A stretch of 63,650 bases of DNA, filler included, from Octopus bimaculoides (Eukaryota), in assembly GCF_001194135.2 (NCBI RefSeq). It is 7 parts of 7 records of this genome, joined end to end, with 100 filler letters (N's around TTAATTAATTAA, not from the genome) between each part and the next. Parts side by side here need not be neighbours in the genome. Positions count along the whole stretch, not along the records: positions 47,381 to 59,334 come from NC_069008.1; positions 59,435 to 61,116 come from NC_068985.1; positions 61,217 to 63,650 come from NW_026414234.1; 4 more parts are not named here. One strand, given 5' to 3'. The first letter of the stretch is position 1, and each line of letters begins with the position of its first letter. This document shows positions 51,100 through 62,727 of this stretch, in pieces. Below the pieces are notes generated by a model. It was given only the letters and a program-made list of their open reading frames with translations. It ran no database searches and had not been told where the DNA came from. Both the position numbers and the translations under genes were made by a program.

Positions 51100-52727
51100 A
51101 TAACTGAAGAGAATAAATGTTTGGGTTTTTTTTTTTTTAAATATTGGAATAAAAGAATTTAATTGTTTTTAAACGTAGGAATTAAAATATAAATGTATTT
51201 AAATGCGGGGAAATAAAGTAGAGTTCTTTTTATATTGGAATAAAATAGTATATCTGTCTTTAAATATAGGAATTAAATATGTCTTTAAATGCTGAAATTT
51301 AAGAATTAAACTGTTTTTATGTATTGAAAGAAATAACAGTTTTTAAATGCAGGAATTAAATATGTTTTTAAATGGAAGTAAAGAGTATATCTGTTTTTTA
51401 AATGCAAGAGTTTTGGAGTATAACTGTTTTACATATTGAAAGAAATAAGTATAATTTTTTAAATACATAAATTAAAGAGAATAACTGTTTATATAATGGA
51501 ATAAAAACACGTAACTGTTTTCAATTGTTGGAATGAGAGAGTATAACAGTTTTTATGTCTTAACTAGGATGAATAACTATTTTTAAATATAGAACTAAAA
51601 GTGTATAACTGTTTCCAAACGTTGAAATGGGTGTGTAATTGTTATTAAATACTACAGTCAAGGAATTTTAACTGTTTTTAAGAGTTGATATGAAGGAGTA
51701 CAGCTTTTTAAATGTTTTTAAGAAGGAGCATATCTCTTTTGTATTGGATTGAATGAATACTGCTTTTTTTAAAAAAAATAATGAACTTAAAGAAGAGTTT
51801 AACTGTTTCTAAATGTTGGAATGAAAGAATATAGCCGTTGTGAAACGCTAGAATGATATATCTAGTGTTAGATATAGTATATCTGCTTTTAAATGCGAGA
51901 ATGAAAAAAGTACCAGTCTTTTTATAATGGAATGGAAGGGTGTAAGTGTTTTTAAATGCTGCAATGAAGTAGTTTTACATTGAAATGAAAGGGGTAATGC
52001 AGTTTTTAAATGATGGAACACGAATATATCACGTGGAAATGAGGAAATATGCTTCAAAAACTTGAAGGAAAGATCCTAATTATTTTCAACTTTAAAAAGA
52101 AAATTTGTTTTTAATGTTGGATTGAAGTAATTGTTTTTTAATGTGGAAATAAAGGAATATAATTTTTGTTAAGCGTTACAGTTTAAATTATACTTGTTTG
52201 TAAAGTTTACAAGCTTCAAAGAATGAAAAGGTGTTACTGTCTTTAAGTGAAGGAAAGAAAAATCCTAACAGTTTTTAATGAATGGAAGAAGTAGTACGGC
52301 TGTGTTATAACGAAGGTATATAACTATTATTTAATGTGGTGGCAAACAAGTATAACTATTTTAAAATGTTATATTGAAGGAGTATAATTGATTTGGTTTT
52401 GTTGGAATGTAAAAGTACAACTATTTCAGATTAAACGAGTATAACTGCTTTTAATGATGAGCTGAAGTATAACTATTTCTGTTTTTTAATATTGGAATGT
52501 AAAAGTACTGTTATTTCTGATTGAAAGGATGTAACTGTTTTTAATGATGAGCTTATGAAGTATAGCTGTTTTCGTATGAAAGAATAGGACTTTTCGAATA
52601 TTACTTTGAAAGACTAAGTGTATTTTTAAAGGCTGGAAAGGAATATATCAGTTTTTGAATGCTAGAAGCAGAGGAAAACTGTTTATTATTGTGGAATTTA
52701 TGAGTAAAACTGTTTAACATTTGGATC
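51100..52727. repeat. Highly degenerate ~31-bp AT-rich tandem array (approximate consensus GAGTATAACTGTTTTTAAATGTTGGAATAAA)
   Basis: The ATAACTG-like anchor recurs at 51481, 51511, 51543, 51574, 51605, 51635 and ~51667 (30-32-bp period). The motif persists over ~1.6 kb. Confidence 0.8.
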
Positions 52728-53799
52728 CTCATATTTTCTTTTGCGTTAACCTCATGATATAACTGGTTGTCATGGAGGCAAGGCCATGTGTGTATGTGGT
52801 GAGAGTGTGTGTGTGTGTGGTGAGAGTGTGTGTGTGTGTGGTGAGAGTGTGTGTGTGTGGTGAGAGTGTGTGTGTGTGTGGAGTGTGTGTGATAGGGTGA
52901 AACAGGGAAAAAAGTAACGGCCTAAAATCAGCCACTGCAGTATCTGAAAACTAAATGCATGATGTATAACCATAAATAGGTCTATATATATCTATGTGTG
53001 ATGTATGTATGTATGTGTACGTATCTGTCTATATGTCTGTCTGTTCGTCTGCCTCTCTCTCACTATATATATTTATTTGTATATGTGTACGTATATGTGC
53101 ATGTGTTTGCAAATACACAAGCACACGCACACATATATAAGTACTTACATACATACACATTTATATATGCATATATCTATAATTTATATCCTCAATATAG
53201 GCTACATATACATACATAAACTACACATACAAACACATAGATACATATATATATACACACATACACACGTACATATATTCATGTACATACATACAGATGC
53301 AGAGACACACGCGCACACATATATAAGCTCATAATATGCTGTCAGTTACTATGTGATTATGTGGTGTTCATGCACTGCCCTTTCTGAAGAGTTCTTCAAA
53401 GTAAACACAACTAAAAGTCCCCCCCCCCCAAAAAAAATGCCAAGACAAAAGCAAGAAGAAAAGAAAATCATCAGTCTGTAAGAGACTGTTGTTGTTGTTG
53501 TTATTTTTATTGTTAGTGTTGTTGTTGTTGCGGTAGTTGTCACCGTTGTTGCTGTTAGTGTTGGTGGCGATGGCGGTGGCGCTAATGTAGTTTTTTTTAA
53601 AATTATTTTTTGTTCTATTTTATTGCTGTTTTTCGTTCCTTTCGTCGTCAGAATTGATGCTTGAAAGTCTTTCGGTATTCGTCTACTGGTTCCCTTCCTT
53701 CCTTCCTTCCTTCCATCCCTCCTTTTCACCATTCATTCCTCCATGTACAACACTCCCTGTTGCCTCCACTAATATATAAACATCTATTTCTACACTTAC

Positions 53800-53833
<34 letters not shown>

Positions 53834-54039
53834 TTGTGCATATATATATATAATAATATTAGGGACAAAATCCAAAATTACAGGTAAAAACTCAATTAAA
53901 ATCAATTTATAAAAAATCAAAATTAATTTGAGCTTTATAGATAAANNNNNNNNNNNNNNNNNNNNNNNNNNNNNNNNNNNNNNNNNNNNNNNNNNNNNNN
54001 NNNNNNNNNNNNNNNNNNNNNNNNNNAATATATATAAAA

Positions 54040-54281
54040 TATATAGTTTTAGGGAAAATAACCAAGTTTCAAGAACTCATCGATGAAAATCCACTATCAC
54101 ATATAGAAAAATTAATAATTAAAAGCACAATAAATGAGTATAATATAAAGTAAAGTAAATATCATAAGATAAGATAAGATAAAGCATTTATTGTGCTTTT
54201 AATTGTTAATTTTTCTATATGTGATAGTGGATTTTCATCGATGAGTTCTTGAAACTTGGTTATTTTCCCTAAAACTATATA
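54040..54281. repeat. Fold-back: 97-bp inverted arms (1 mismatch) with a 48-bp spacer
   Basis: 54040-54136 versus 54185-54281, differing only at AATAATT/AACAATT. The spacer contains (TAAAG)/(ATAAG) pentamers. Confidence 0.93.
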
Positions 54282-54560
54282 TATATATATATATATATAT
54301 GCATATATATATGCATATATATATAAATGTATATATGCATGTATACATATGTGTATATGTGTATATGTAAGCACAGAAAGAGAGGAAGATAAAAGGGTGA
54401 GCGACAGAGAGAAAGAGAGGAGACAAATTTATTTATATACACTCTTCATGCTGACATAAATATAAATGTATGTGTCTATGTTTAAAACAATGTATAAGCC
54501 TGCGGGTGTATGTGTATACTTGCACATACACACACACACACACACATGCGTGTTTGTGTG

Positions 54561-54600
<40 letters not shown>

Positions 54601-54693
54601 TAGATAGATATATATTCGTAAATTATACATCTGTGGAAGTATGTATGTATGTACATTTATGTATGCATGTGTATGTCTGTGAGTCGGTCTGTG

Positions 54694-54746
<53 letters not shown>

Positions 54747-55214
54747 NNNNNNNNNNNNNNNNNNNNNNNNNNNNNNNNNNNNNNNNNNNNNNNNNNNNNN
54801 NNNNNNNNNNNNNNNNNNNNNNNNNNNNNNNNNNNNNNNNNNNNNNNNNNNNNNNNNNNNNNNNNNNNNNNNNNNNNNNNNNNNNNNNNNNNNNNNNNNN
54901 NNNNNNNNNNNNNNNNNNNNNNNNNNNNNNNNNNNNNNNNNNNNNNNNNNNNNNNNNNNNNNNNNNNNNNNNNNNNNNNNNNNNNNNNNNNNNNNNNNNN
55001 NNNNNNNNNNNNNNNNNNNNNNNNNNNNNNNNNNNNNNNNNNNNNNNNNNNNNNNNNNNNNNNNNNNNNNNNNNNNNNNNNNNNNNNNNNNNNNNNNNNN
55101 NNNNNNNNNNNNNNNNNNNNNNNNNNNNNNNNNNNNNNNNNNNNNNNNNNNNNNNNNNNNNNNNNNNNNNNNNNNNNNNNNAACGATTCTGCCAGCCAGC
55201 CCCCCCCCCCGCCT

Positions 55215-55355
55215 TAGTTTCTTTCAGTTTCTGTCTACCAAATCCACTCGCAATGCTTTAGTCAGCTTATATGAGAAAACACTTGTCCAAGGTGCCATGT
55301 AGTGCGACTGAACTCGGAACCATGTGGCTGGCAGGCAAACTTCTTACCACATAGC
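55215..55355 (-). mobile_element. Family C SINE head
   Basis: TTTCAGTTTCTGTCTACCAAATCCACTC...GAACTCGGAACCATGTGG...CTTACCACATAGC. Confidence 0.75.
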
Positions 55356-55679
55356 TGTCTATCGAGATAGTTCAACACTCATGCTTTCAATACCAGACTG
55401 GTTGTTTTATCAAGCAGTAGGCTTTTTTCACGAACTTAACAAATCAGAGGTGGTCATTTTCTCAAGTTATTTATTCGTACGTAATCGTAAAAAGGAAAAG
55501 TCTGTTTTTACCTATTTATAAGAGAACTTTAAACTAGGCTCCGTACAACACTGATCGAACCGATAACAGTTACTGCTTCGAGGTTTTGTATTAGAGTTAA
55601 TACCTGCCCATTGGGTATGGAGACGTTGAAACAGTTATAAAAATTTGTTTCTTTCATTAATGTTTTTACCCAGTAGAGT

Positions 55680-55747
55680 TAAGTGGGTCGCCACAAACTG
55701 GTGTCATAAATAGTGGGTCGCGTCTCTAAAAAGTTTGGGAACCTCTG
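55680..55747 (-). mobile_element. hAT (Charlie-like) terminal fragment; a similar end may lie at ~47053-47070
   Basis: The reverse strand begins CAGAGGTTCCCAAACTTTTT, with two GCGACCCAC subterminal motifs. Confidence 0.55.
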
Positions 55748-55769
55748 ATGTAGGCCATTGGGCAAGGAG

Positions 55770-56080
55770 AGATGCAAATTCTTGCGAATCAAGAATCCAT
55801 TGAAGATGTCACCAACTTCACCGAAGTGGGCAGCGATGTTATTACAGAGGGATTCACTGGGGTGAATGTCAAACTCCGGAATCGGGGGTGTAAAGGGCGA
55901 AGAGAAATGGACAGACCCTGGACCAGCATTTCGATAAGTGAACCGAGACAAGAATAAAAACGGAAAGAGAGATGGAAAACAAACATGTGGCTGGAACCAC
56001 GTGACTTACCAAGCACACATCATGTGACAACCGATAAATGACATGGAGCCTGTCTGTAAGCAGGATCTTATACATCCCCC
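55770..56080 (+). mobile_element. Internally deleted RTE LINE 3' fragment
   Basis: ESIEDVTNFTEVGSDV (IE.V..F.YLGS), G.R...RP...W, then EM...W...L....DR..W-like remnants. Confidence 0.55.
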
Positions 56081-57070
56081 TATCCTCCGTCTGTCCACTG
56101 TCGGCATCACATCGGCAGACTTTCGCACTTTGCCAGTTCTGAGCATCCGCTGGATATTGAAACCGTTATGTCTGTATTGGCCGTTCGTGTCTGCAAAAAG
56201 GTAACAGGAAAAAAAAAGAAATCACATGACAAAAAAGTGTTTGTTAATAAGATATTCGTTGGCTGTTTTATTTATCCTAAAAAAAAAAAAGAAATAAAAA
56301 CCAACTAAAAAACAAAATTCTTTCATTGCAATTTAAACAACAGGAAACAGGATAATCTTGTATGCTTGTATGTATGTATAAATGTATGTATATATATGTA
56401 TGTATATATGTATGTATGTATNNNNNNNNNNNNNNNNNNNNNNNNNNNNNNNNNNNNTATATATATATATATATGTATAGATATTTTATGCGTTTCAGCC
56501 AAGTGGCTGCGGTCGTGCTGGAGTATCACCATGACCTTCCCTCCTTATTCTGTGCTCTCTGCACGCTCCTTGCATGGTCAACTGATGTAGTCCAATTAAG
56601 ACTTTCTATGGCACCATCTGGTGTATATTCTTTTACTTGTTTTAGTCATTTGCTGCCATGCTGGAGCACCGCCTTTAGTCGAAGAAATCGCACACAGCTG
56701 CGGAGATGCACACGTTGGTAGACAGATACACACACACAGCCCGACGAACTCGCACGCACTGAGACGCACCGGCGCTCCCGCTCACGCTCAGTAATCCGGT
56801 CACATAAATCAAATAGTAAAAAAGCCAGCGCAGCGAAAGGAAGCTTGTTTTTGTGTAACAATGTACACTTCTTTCCTTTGAGGCCGCTCTTTTGTGTTGG
56901 TTCGTTGTGAATAACACACACACACAGGCTACTACATACATACACGTACACACACTCAATAGATATATATATATACATACACGTGCAGACATACATAAAT
57001 ACACACACACACACAAATATGGGAGTGTATATTTGCTTTTTTTCTGCTCTCTTTTCTCTTTCTCTCACTT

Positions 57071-57115
<45 letters not shown>

Positions 57116-57380
57116 GTATATNNNNNNNNNNNNNNNNNNNNNNNNNNNNNNNNNNNNNNNNNNNNNNNNNNNNNNNNNNNNNNNNNNNNNNNNNNNNNNN
57201 NNNNNNNNNNNNNNNNNNNNNNNNNNNNNNNNNNNNNNNNNNNNNNNNNNNNNNNNNNNNNNNNNNNNNNNNNNNNNNNNNNNNNNNNNNNNNNNNNNNN
57301 NNNNNNNNNNNNNNNNNNNNNNNNNNNNNNNNNNNNNNNNNNNNNNNNNNNNNNNNNNNNNNNNNNNNNNNNNNNNNNNN

Positions 57381-57433
<53 letters not shown>

Positions 57434-57441
57434 CATACATA

Positions 57442-57474
<33 letters not shown>

Positions 57475-58376
57475 ATTTGTATGTATGTGTGTATGCATAT
57501 ATAAATATATATAGTGTGTGTGTATAAATATAGGATCTATTTCAAAACGGGGCACACATCTTTGGTAAAAACTGTGTCCAATTGCTGTGGCATCGAACTT
57601 CCCCCGGTTCGTTAGGCGTTCGTCGATCCACTCTCCAAATCTTGTTCATTTTCCAATATTGGGGACAAGATTTGAAACAAAATCGCTTCAATTTCATTTT
57701 CCGGAATTTGCAAATTGCTTCTATTTTGGGGGACAAATACGTTTACTGTGCATAGAAATAAACGTACATGAGATGAAACAGTAACATGGGCTTCAAAGAC
57801 ACAACAATAACAAGTTTAACAACAACAACAACAACAACGAGAGAATTAACAACAACGACCACAACAACAACCATAACTATTGCAACAATGCATGCGATCG
57901 ATCGTTTATTGATTTTGTAAATTACGGCAGCAATATGCCACTAACCTTACTTCGTTCAGAAGATGTGGCCGAGACGTTTTGAAATGCTGACGGATTTAGG
58001 AAGGCTATCTGAGGCGAATGGTGGACGGACCAGCGGAAGCATTAACAGTTATTACCTCACCCCCCACTAATAACTATTGACTATGCTAAAATAGTTTTTA
58101 TACACGAACACATACACACACTCACACTCAGAAACAAACGGGGGAGGGTGGTGGTCTAAGAATTTCGCGTGACAACGGTCAGTTTCGAAACCACAGGTTG
58201 AGTAAAAGTGTCCTTCATCCCAGGACATACAGTGGGGAACTATGTTGCCGAAAGTCGTGGAAATGTGGACACAGAGGGAGCCGTTCCACCCAAATTCTCA
58301 TGCTTGACCGCCTCAGCAGAGCTGACTGGTAGCACTTAGAAATAAATCCAGGAGGCCTTGGGTTACCATGTCCATC

Positions 58377-58408
<32 letters not shown>

Positions 58409-58409
58409 A

Positions 58410-58590
58410 TATGATTGTGTATCTCTATTTGTCCTCCCAGCATCACTTGACAACCGATGCTGATGTGTTTACGTTTCCGTAACTTAGCGGTTCGGCAAAA
58501 GAGTCCGAAAGAATAAGTTCTGGGGTCGATTTGTTTGACTAAAGGCGGTGCTCCAGCATGGCTGTAGTCACACGACTGGAACAACTAAAA
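58410..58590 (+). mobile_element. Family C SINE 3' half (another 3' tip at ~56630-56690, minus)
   Basis: CATCACTTGACAACCGATGCTG...GGCGGTGCTCCAGCATGG... Confidence 0.8.
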
Positions 58591-58805
58591 GAATATATAT
58601 ATGTATAGCAAAAAAAGGGAGTGGTGTGTATATATATATATGCACATATATATATACACACATATACAAGTATATATATATGAATATATATGTATATACT
58701 TATATACATATATAAGTATATGTATATACACACTTGCGCGCGCACTAACACATATATATAGAAATACTATTTATGCACACACCTACGTACATATATAAAT
58801 TGAGC

Positions 58806-58838
<33 letters not shown>

Positions 58839-59207
58839 AATGTAAAACAGAAAGCCCTCATATATGTATTTTATACACACATATATATACTTGTTTATAT
58901 ATATATGTATACAAACAGATTTATACATACATATATGTGTGTGCAAGTGTGTATTATGTACACATATTTCTATATAATATATAGGTATCTATTGATAGCA
59001 GAAACTCTACCATACGCCAACTCCACATAATTCACAACCGTCATACCCCGCCCCTATTTTCACTCCGTCCCCTTCATCTCCATGCCCGCTGCCCTGTAAG
59101 CCATCCCCGAACAATATCTTATTTCTTCAATGGCTATTAATATAACACTTTGTTGTCACAACATTCCTTTCATCGACGCAACATATCTATGCAATTATTT
59201 TTGCCCC

Positions 59208-59243
<36 letters not shown>

Positions 59244-59434
59244 CTATCTATCTATATATATATATATTATATATGATACCTTGTAAACAAAACTCGACAC
59301 ATGTATACATACACGCGCGACCACACGCGCATATNNNNNNNNNNNNNNNNNNNNNNNNNNNNNNNNNNNNNNNNNNNNTTAATTAATTAANNNNNNNNNN
59401 NNNNNNNNNNNNNNNNNNNNNNNNNNNNNNNNNN

Positions 59435-59538
59435 GTAAGCATAAGAGCACCAAAGCAAACCACAGCACATACCCAAGGCGCACAGAGTTGCGCTCGGTAG
59501 TGAAGTGAAAGCACGTTATAAAAATAAAACTACTGAAC

Positions 59539-59610
<72 letters not shown>
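59435..59610 (+). mobile_element. R4/Dong LINE 3' UTR with long (AAT)n tail
   Basis: CATAAGAGCACC...CACAGCACATACCCAAGGCGCACAG...TTATAAAAATAAAACTACTGAA(CAAT)(AAT)n, matching the UTR of 60775-61116. Confidence 0.85.
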
Positions 59611-59798
59611 CCTGTCTATTAAAGGCACAAAGCCAGAAATCCTGGCGGAGGGAGTAAATCGATTATATCGACCCCAGTGTTTCCCTGGTACTTAATTTAT
59701 CGACCCCGAAACTGCTGAGATGTTAAGTCGACCTCGGTGAAATATGAATCCAGAACATAAAGAAGGACGAAATACTGCTAACGATTCTGCTCGTCGCC

Positions 59799-59800
<2 letters not shown>
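59611..59800 (-). mobile_element. Family B SINE flanked by (AAT)n on both sides; a plus-strand copy follows at ~59860-60012
   Basis: Head AAGGCGACGAGCAGAATCGTTAGC on the minus strand, with a tail adjoining the array. Confidence 0.75.
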
Positions 59801-59849
<49 letters not shown>

Positions 59850-60138
59850 TTCCTGGCAATTCGCCCGTATTTAGTTCTTAGTTCAAATTCCTTTGCATTT
59901 TATCCTCTCATGGTCGATAAAATAAGTATTTGTTGAATACTGGGGACAATGAAATCAATAGCCCCTTCCCTAAATGTTCAGGCCTTGTGCCTGTAACAGA
60001 AAGAATTATTATTGTTCATTTTGAAGGCCATGTATTACAAAAAGAAGGGGAAGTAAGACAGCGTGAAAAAGGAAGGAAGGAAAAGAACAAAATGAAGAAA
60101 AAAAGAAAAAGAAAATGAAGGGGAAAATGAAAGGAAAT

Positions 60139-60710
60139 TCACGGTGAGAATGTTCTTCTCAATACGTGTAACGTACCAGTTAAGACATTAAAAAAAAATG
60201 TTCTGCATGAATGGTAAGCCAGGGATCATCCGCAAATAATTATTCAGATCCTGTTTTAATCATTCCAAGTACTCCTACAATCATTGGTATCGTAACCGTA
60301 TTGAGATGCCACATTTTCCGATTTCCCTGAGCATATCTTCATATTTTCTGATCTTATTAAATTCTTTTGCCGAGATATTATGATCACAAGGTATGATCAG
60401 GTCAATCAATAAAAAGATTTTTATTCTTTTGGTCTTTCACAACAAAATCTGGTTAATTAACTTTGATGGTTTTGTCCGTATGTACCGGAATGTCCCAAAG
60501 AATCGTTACATTTTCTTCATCATTTACAGCCTCAAGATGGTGCTTGTACCATTTGTCAGCCGTTTTGGTTTAGTAATTCCGAAATATTATTCAGTGTAGA
60601 TGATGGCCAATTCTGTCATACCTTGATTTATACTCTACCGGTGCTAAAAACTTACTTCCAGAAATTAGCTAGTCTACTGTCTCAATCTCGTCGCTGCACT
60701 ATCGGTACTG
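60139..60710 (-). pseudogene. Diverged R4/Dong LINE fragment: zinc knuckle plus restriction-like endonuclease
   Basis: C...ETVD.LISG..LA..EY..R.DRIG, WYKHHLEAV.DEENVTILWDIPVHTD.TI..N.PDFVVKD...LIDL.IP.D.NIS.KE..K..KYED...W....IP.IVG.LG...LTGTLHVLRR. Stops and frameshifts present. Confidence 0.85.
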
Positions 60711-60713
60711 TTA

Positions 60714-60774
<61 letters not shown>

Positions 60775-60777
<3 letters not shown>

Positions 60778-61116
60778 TAGTTTTATTTTTATAACTCTTA
60801 TAGCGCTGTGCGCCTTGGGTATGTGCTGTGGTGCTCTTATGTTTACTGTATTGAAAGTGTTTTGCGTAGAATGTGTGCAGTACCCAGTAGTGCAATTTTC
60901 TGTATGTTATATATATTTGTAAGTCCTGCTATTTTTGTTATGTATTTGTCTGAATATTTTTTTATTATACCTAAGGCACCTACTATGATAGGAATTGTTT
61001 CTGTTTTTAGATTCCACATTCGAGTTATCTCTATTTCCAGGTCTTCGTATTTTGAAAGTTTTTCCATTTCTTTTAGAGAAACGTTGTCATCTGCTGGTAT
61101 TGATACATCAATTAGA
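60775..61116 (-). mobile_element. R4/Dong LINE 3' end (RLE C-terminus plus UTR), tail in the (TAA)n array 60711-60774
   Basis: LIDVSIPADDNVSLKEMEKLSKYEDLEIEITRMWNLKTETIPIIVGALG...IQKIALLGTAHILRKTLSIQ* is uninterrupted and matches the R4-clade RLE terminus. Confidence 0.9.
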
Positions 61117-61478
61117 NNNNNNNNNNNNNNNNNNNNNNNNNNNNNNNNNNNNNNNNNNNNTTAATTAATTAANNNNNNNNNNNNNNNNNNNNNNNNNNNN
61201 NNNNNNNNNNNNNNNNAGCAAGCTGTTTTGTTGATCGTGTCAGCTGGGTCCTTTTCATCATAACCATGTATGCATATATATATACACACACACACACATG
61301 TATACTTGTGCAGGCATTCCCACATAAACAANNNNNNNNNNCACACACACACACATGTATACTTGTGCAGGCATTCCCACATAAACAAAGTTTACTTTCC
61401 CTTTATTTCTAATGGTTATACTTATCTTATTTATTCTATATTCATTATTTCTGCTGCCTTATTTATTTTATTTTATTA

Positions 61479-62727
61479 CTAGCTGAAATACCCACCATTG
61501 CCCAGGTTAAAGAAAATAATGTAATTTAAAAATGCCTTTTAGATCTCTAACATGAAACATAGACTACACAGGTCTCACCTCCTAGTAGCTGAGATACCAA
61601 CTTCATACATTAATAACCTGCCGTTTCCCAAGTTATTGGAGATAATAAAGTTTAAGTATGCCTTTTAAATCTCTAAATAAAATGAAATATGGATTATGCA
61701 TAATCCATGTTTCATTTTACTTAGAGATTTACTCAGCAGTAATTAGCTGAGGTACAAACTATTTATGTCAATAACATGTTTTATCCAATGTTCTCACTGT
61801 TAAAATTGTTAAAAACTAGGTAGTTCTTTGTCTTTGCAATCACTTTCAATTATCAGTACTTATTTGAAATGCATTGAACCTGAAAAAGCATAAATTTGAG
61901 AAGAACCTGTCTGCAGGCACTCCCCTCCTCTTAATAAATACATTAAACAAAAATTCTATGTGATGACGTGAGTATAAACAAATGTATTGAAACAAATCCA
62001 GCAATCAGTCACAGTTTAATTATCTAGAGCTTCTGAATATATGATGTTTAGAGTGTGTCCTTTAATTGGTGTATAAATGAAAAGATTTGGGGGACTTCCA
62101 ACTTGCGAACATCCTACATGCCTATGCGAGAAGCAAGATGAAGTTCAACAAGAGAGACTGTCCTTGAGACTTGTTTATTAACATAGCAAAACTTAGTTTC
62201 ACTGGGAACTGGAACCATTTAAATTCAAAGGGGATGCCATGTGGGATTAACAGGATCTGTGGAATNNNNNNNNNNNNNNNNNNNNNNNNNNNNNNNNNNN
62301 NNNNNNNNNNNNNNNNNNNNNATTTAAATTCAAAGGGGATGCCATGTGGGATTAACAGGATCTGTGGAATGAAGAAATCCTCACCCTTATAGTTCCCAGT
62401 CATAATTATTGCCTCTGGGACATGGAGTCACATCGATTTCACCACCAGTCAGGTGCCATTGCACAGATGAGGTGGATCCAGATTCCCGAGCAGCATAATT
62501 GTGGCCTCCTTTTTAAGTGGTGAGGTAGCATCCCAAATGGCTGTAGAGAGTTCAGGAACTTAGTTTGAAAGACTGTTCTTGTCCGGGCAACAGCTACAAG
62601 AGATCCTGGTCGATTTTATTAATAGCATCATTCCATGGAGCTAAGATGACTCGCTCACAGAGCCATTGACTGTTGCTTAAAGTTTTGTGCAATGTTTGGG
62701 AGAACATGCATTATGAGATCATTGATA
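61479..62727 (-). mobile_element. Helitron 3' portion: decayed Pif1-like helicase and CTAG terminus
   Basis: WLCERVILAP.ND, FLNSL.P.G..PH.L, IMLL.NLDPP.LCNGT, IPQILLIP..IPFEFK.FQFPVKLSFAM.INKSQGQSL and GCSQVGSP. The 3' end CTAG|T is at 61482-61478, with a degenerate GC hairpin ~10 nt upstream. Confidence 0.88.

Noticed and set aside
57542-57736. Possible minus-strand terminal exon (SNLQIPENEIEAILFQ...STNA*)
   Set aside because: The acceptor is mediocre, no compatible upstream exon or homology was recognised, and the evidence is insufficient.
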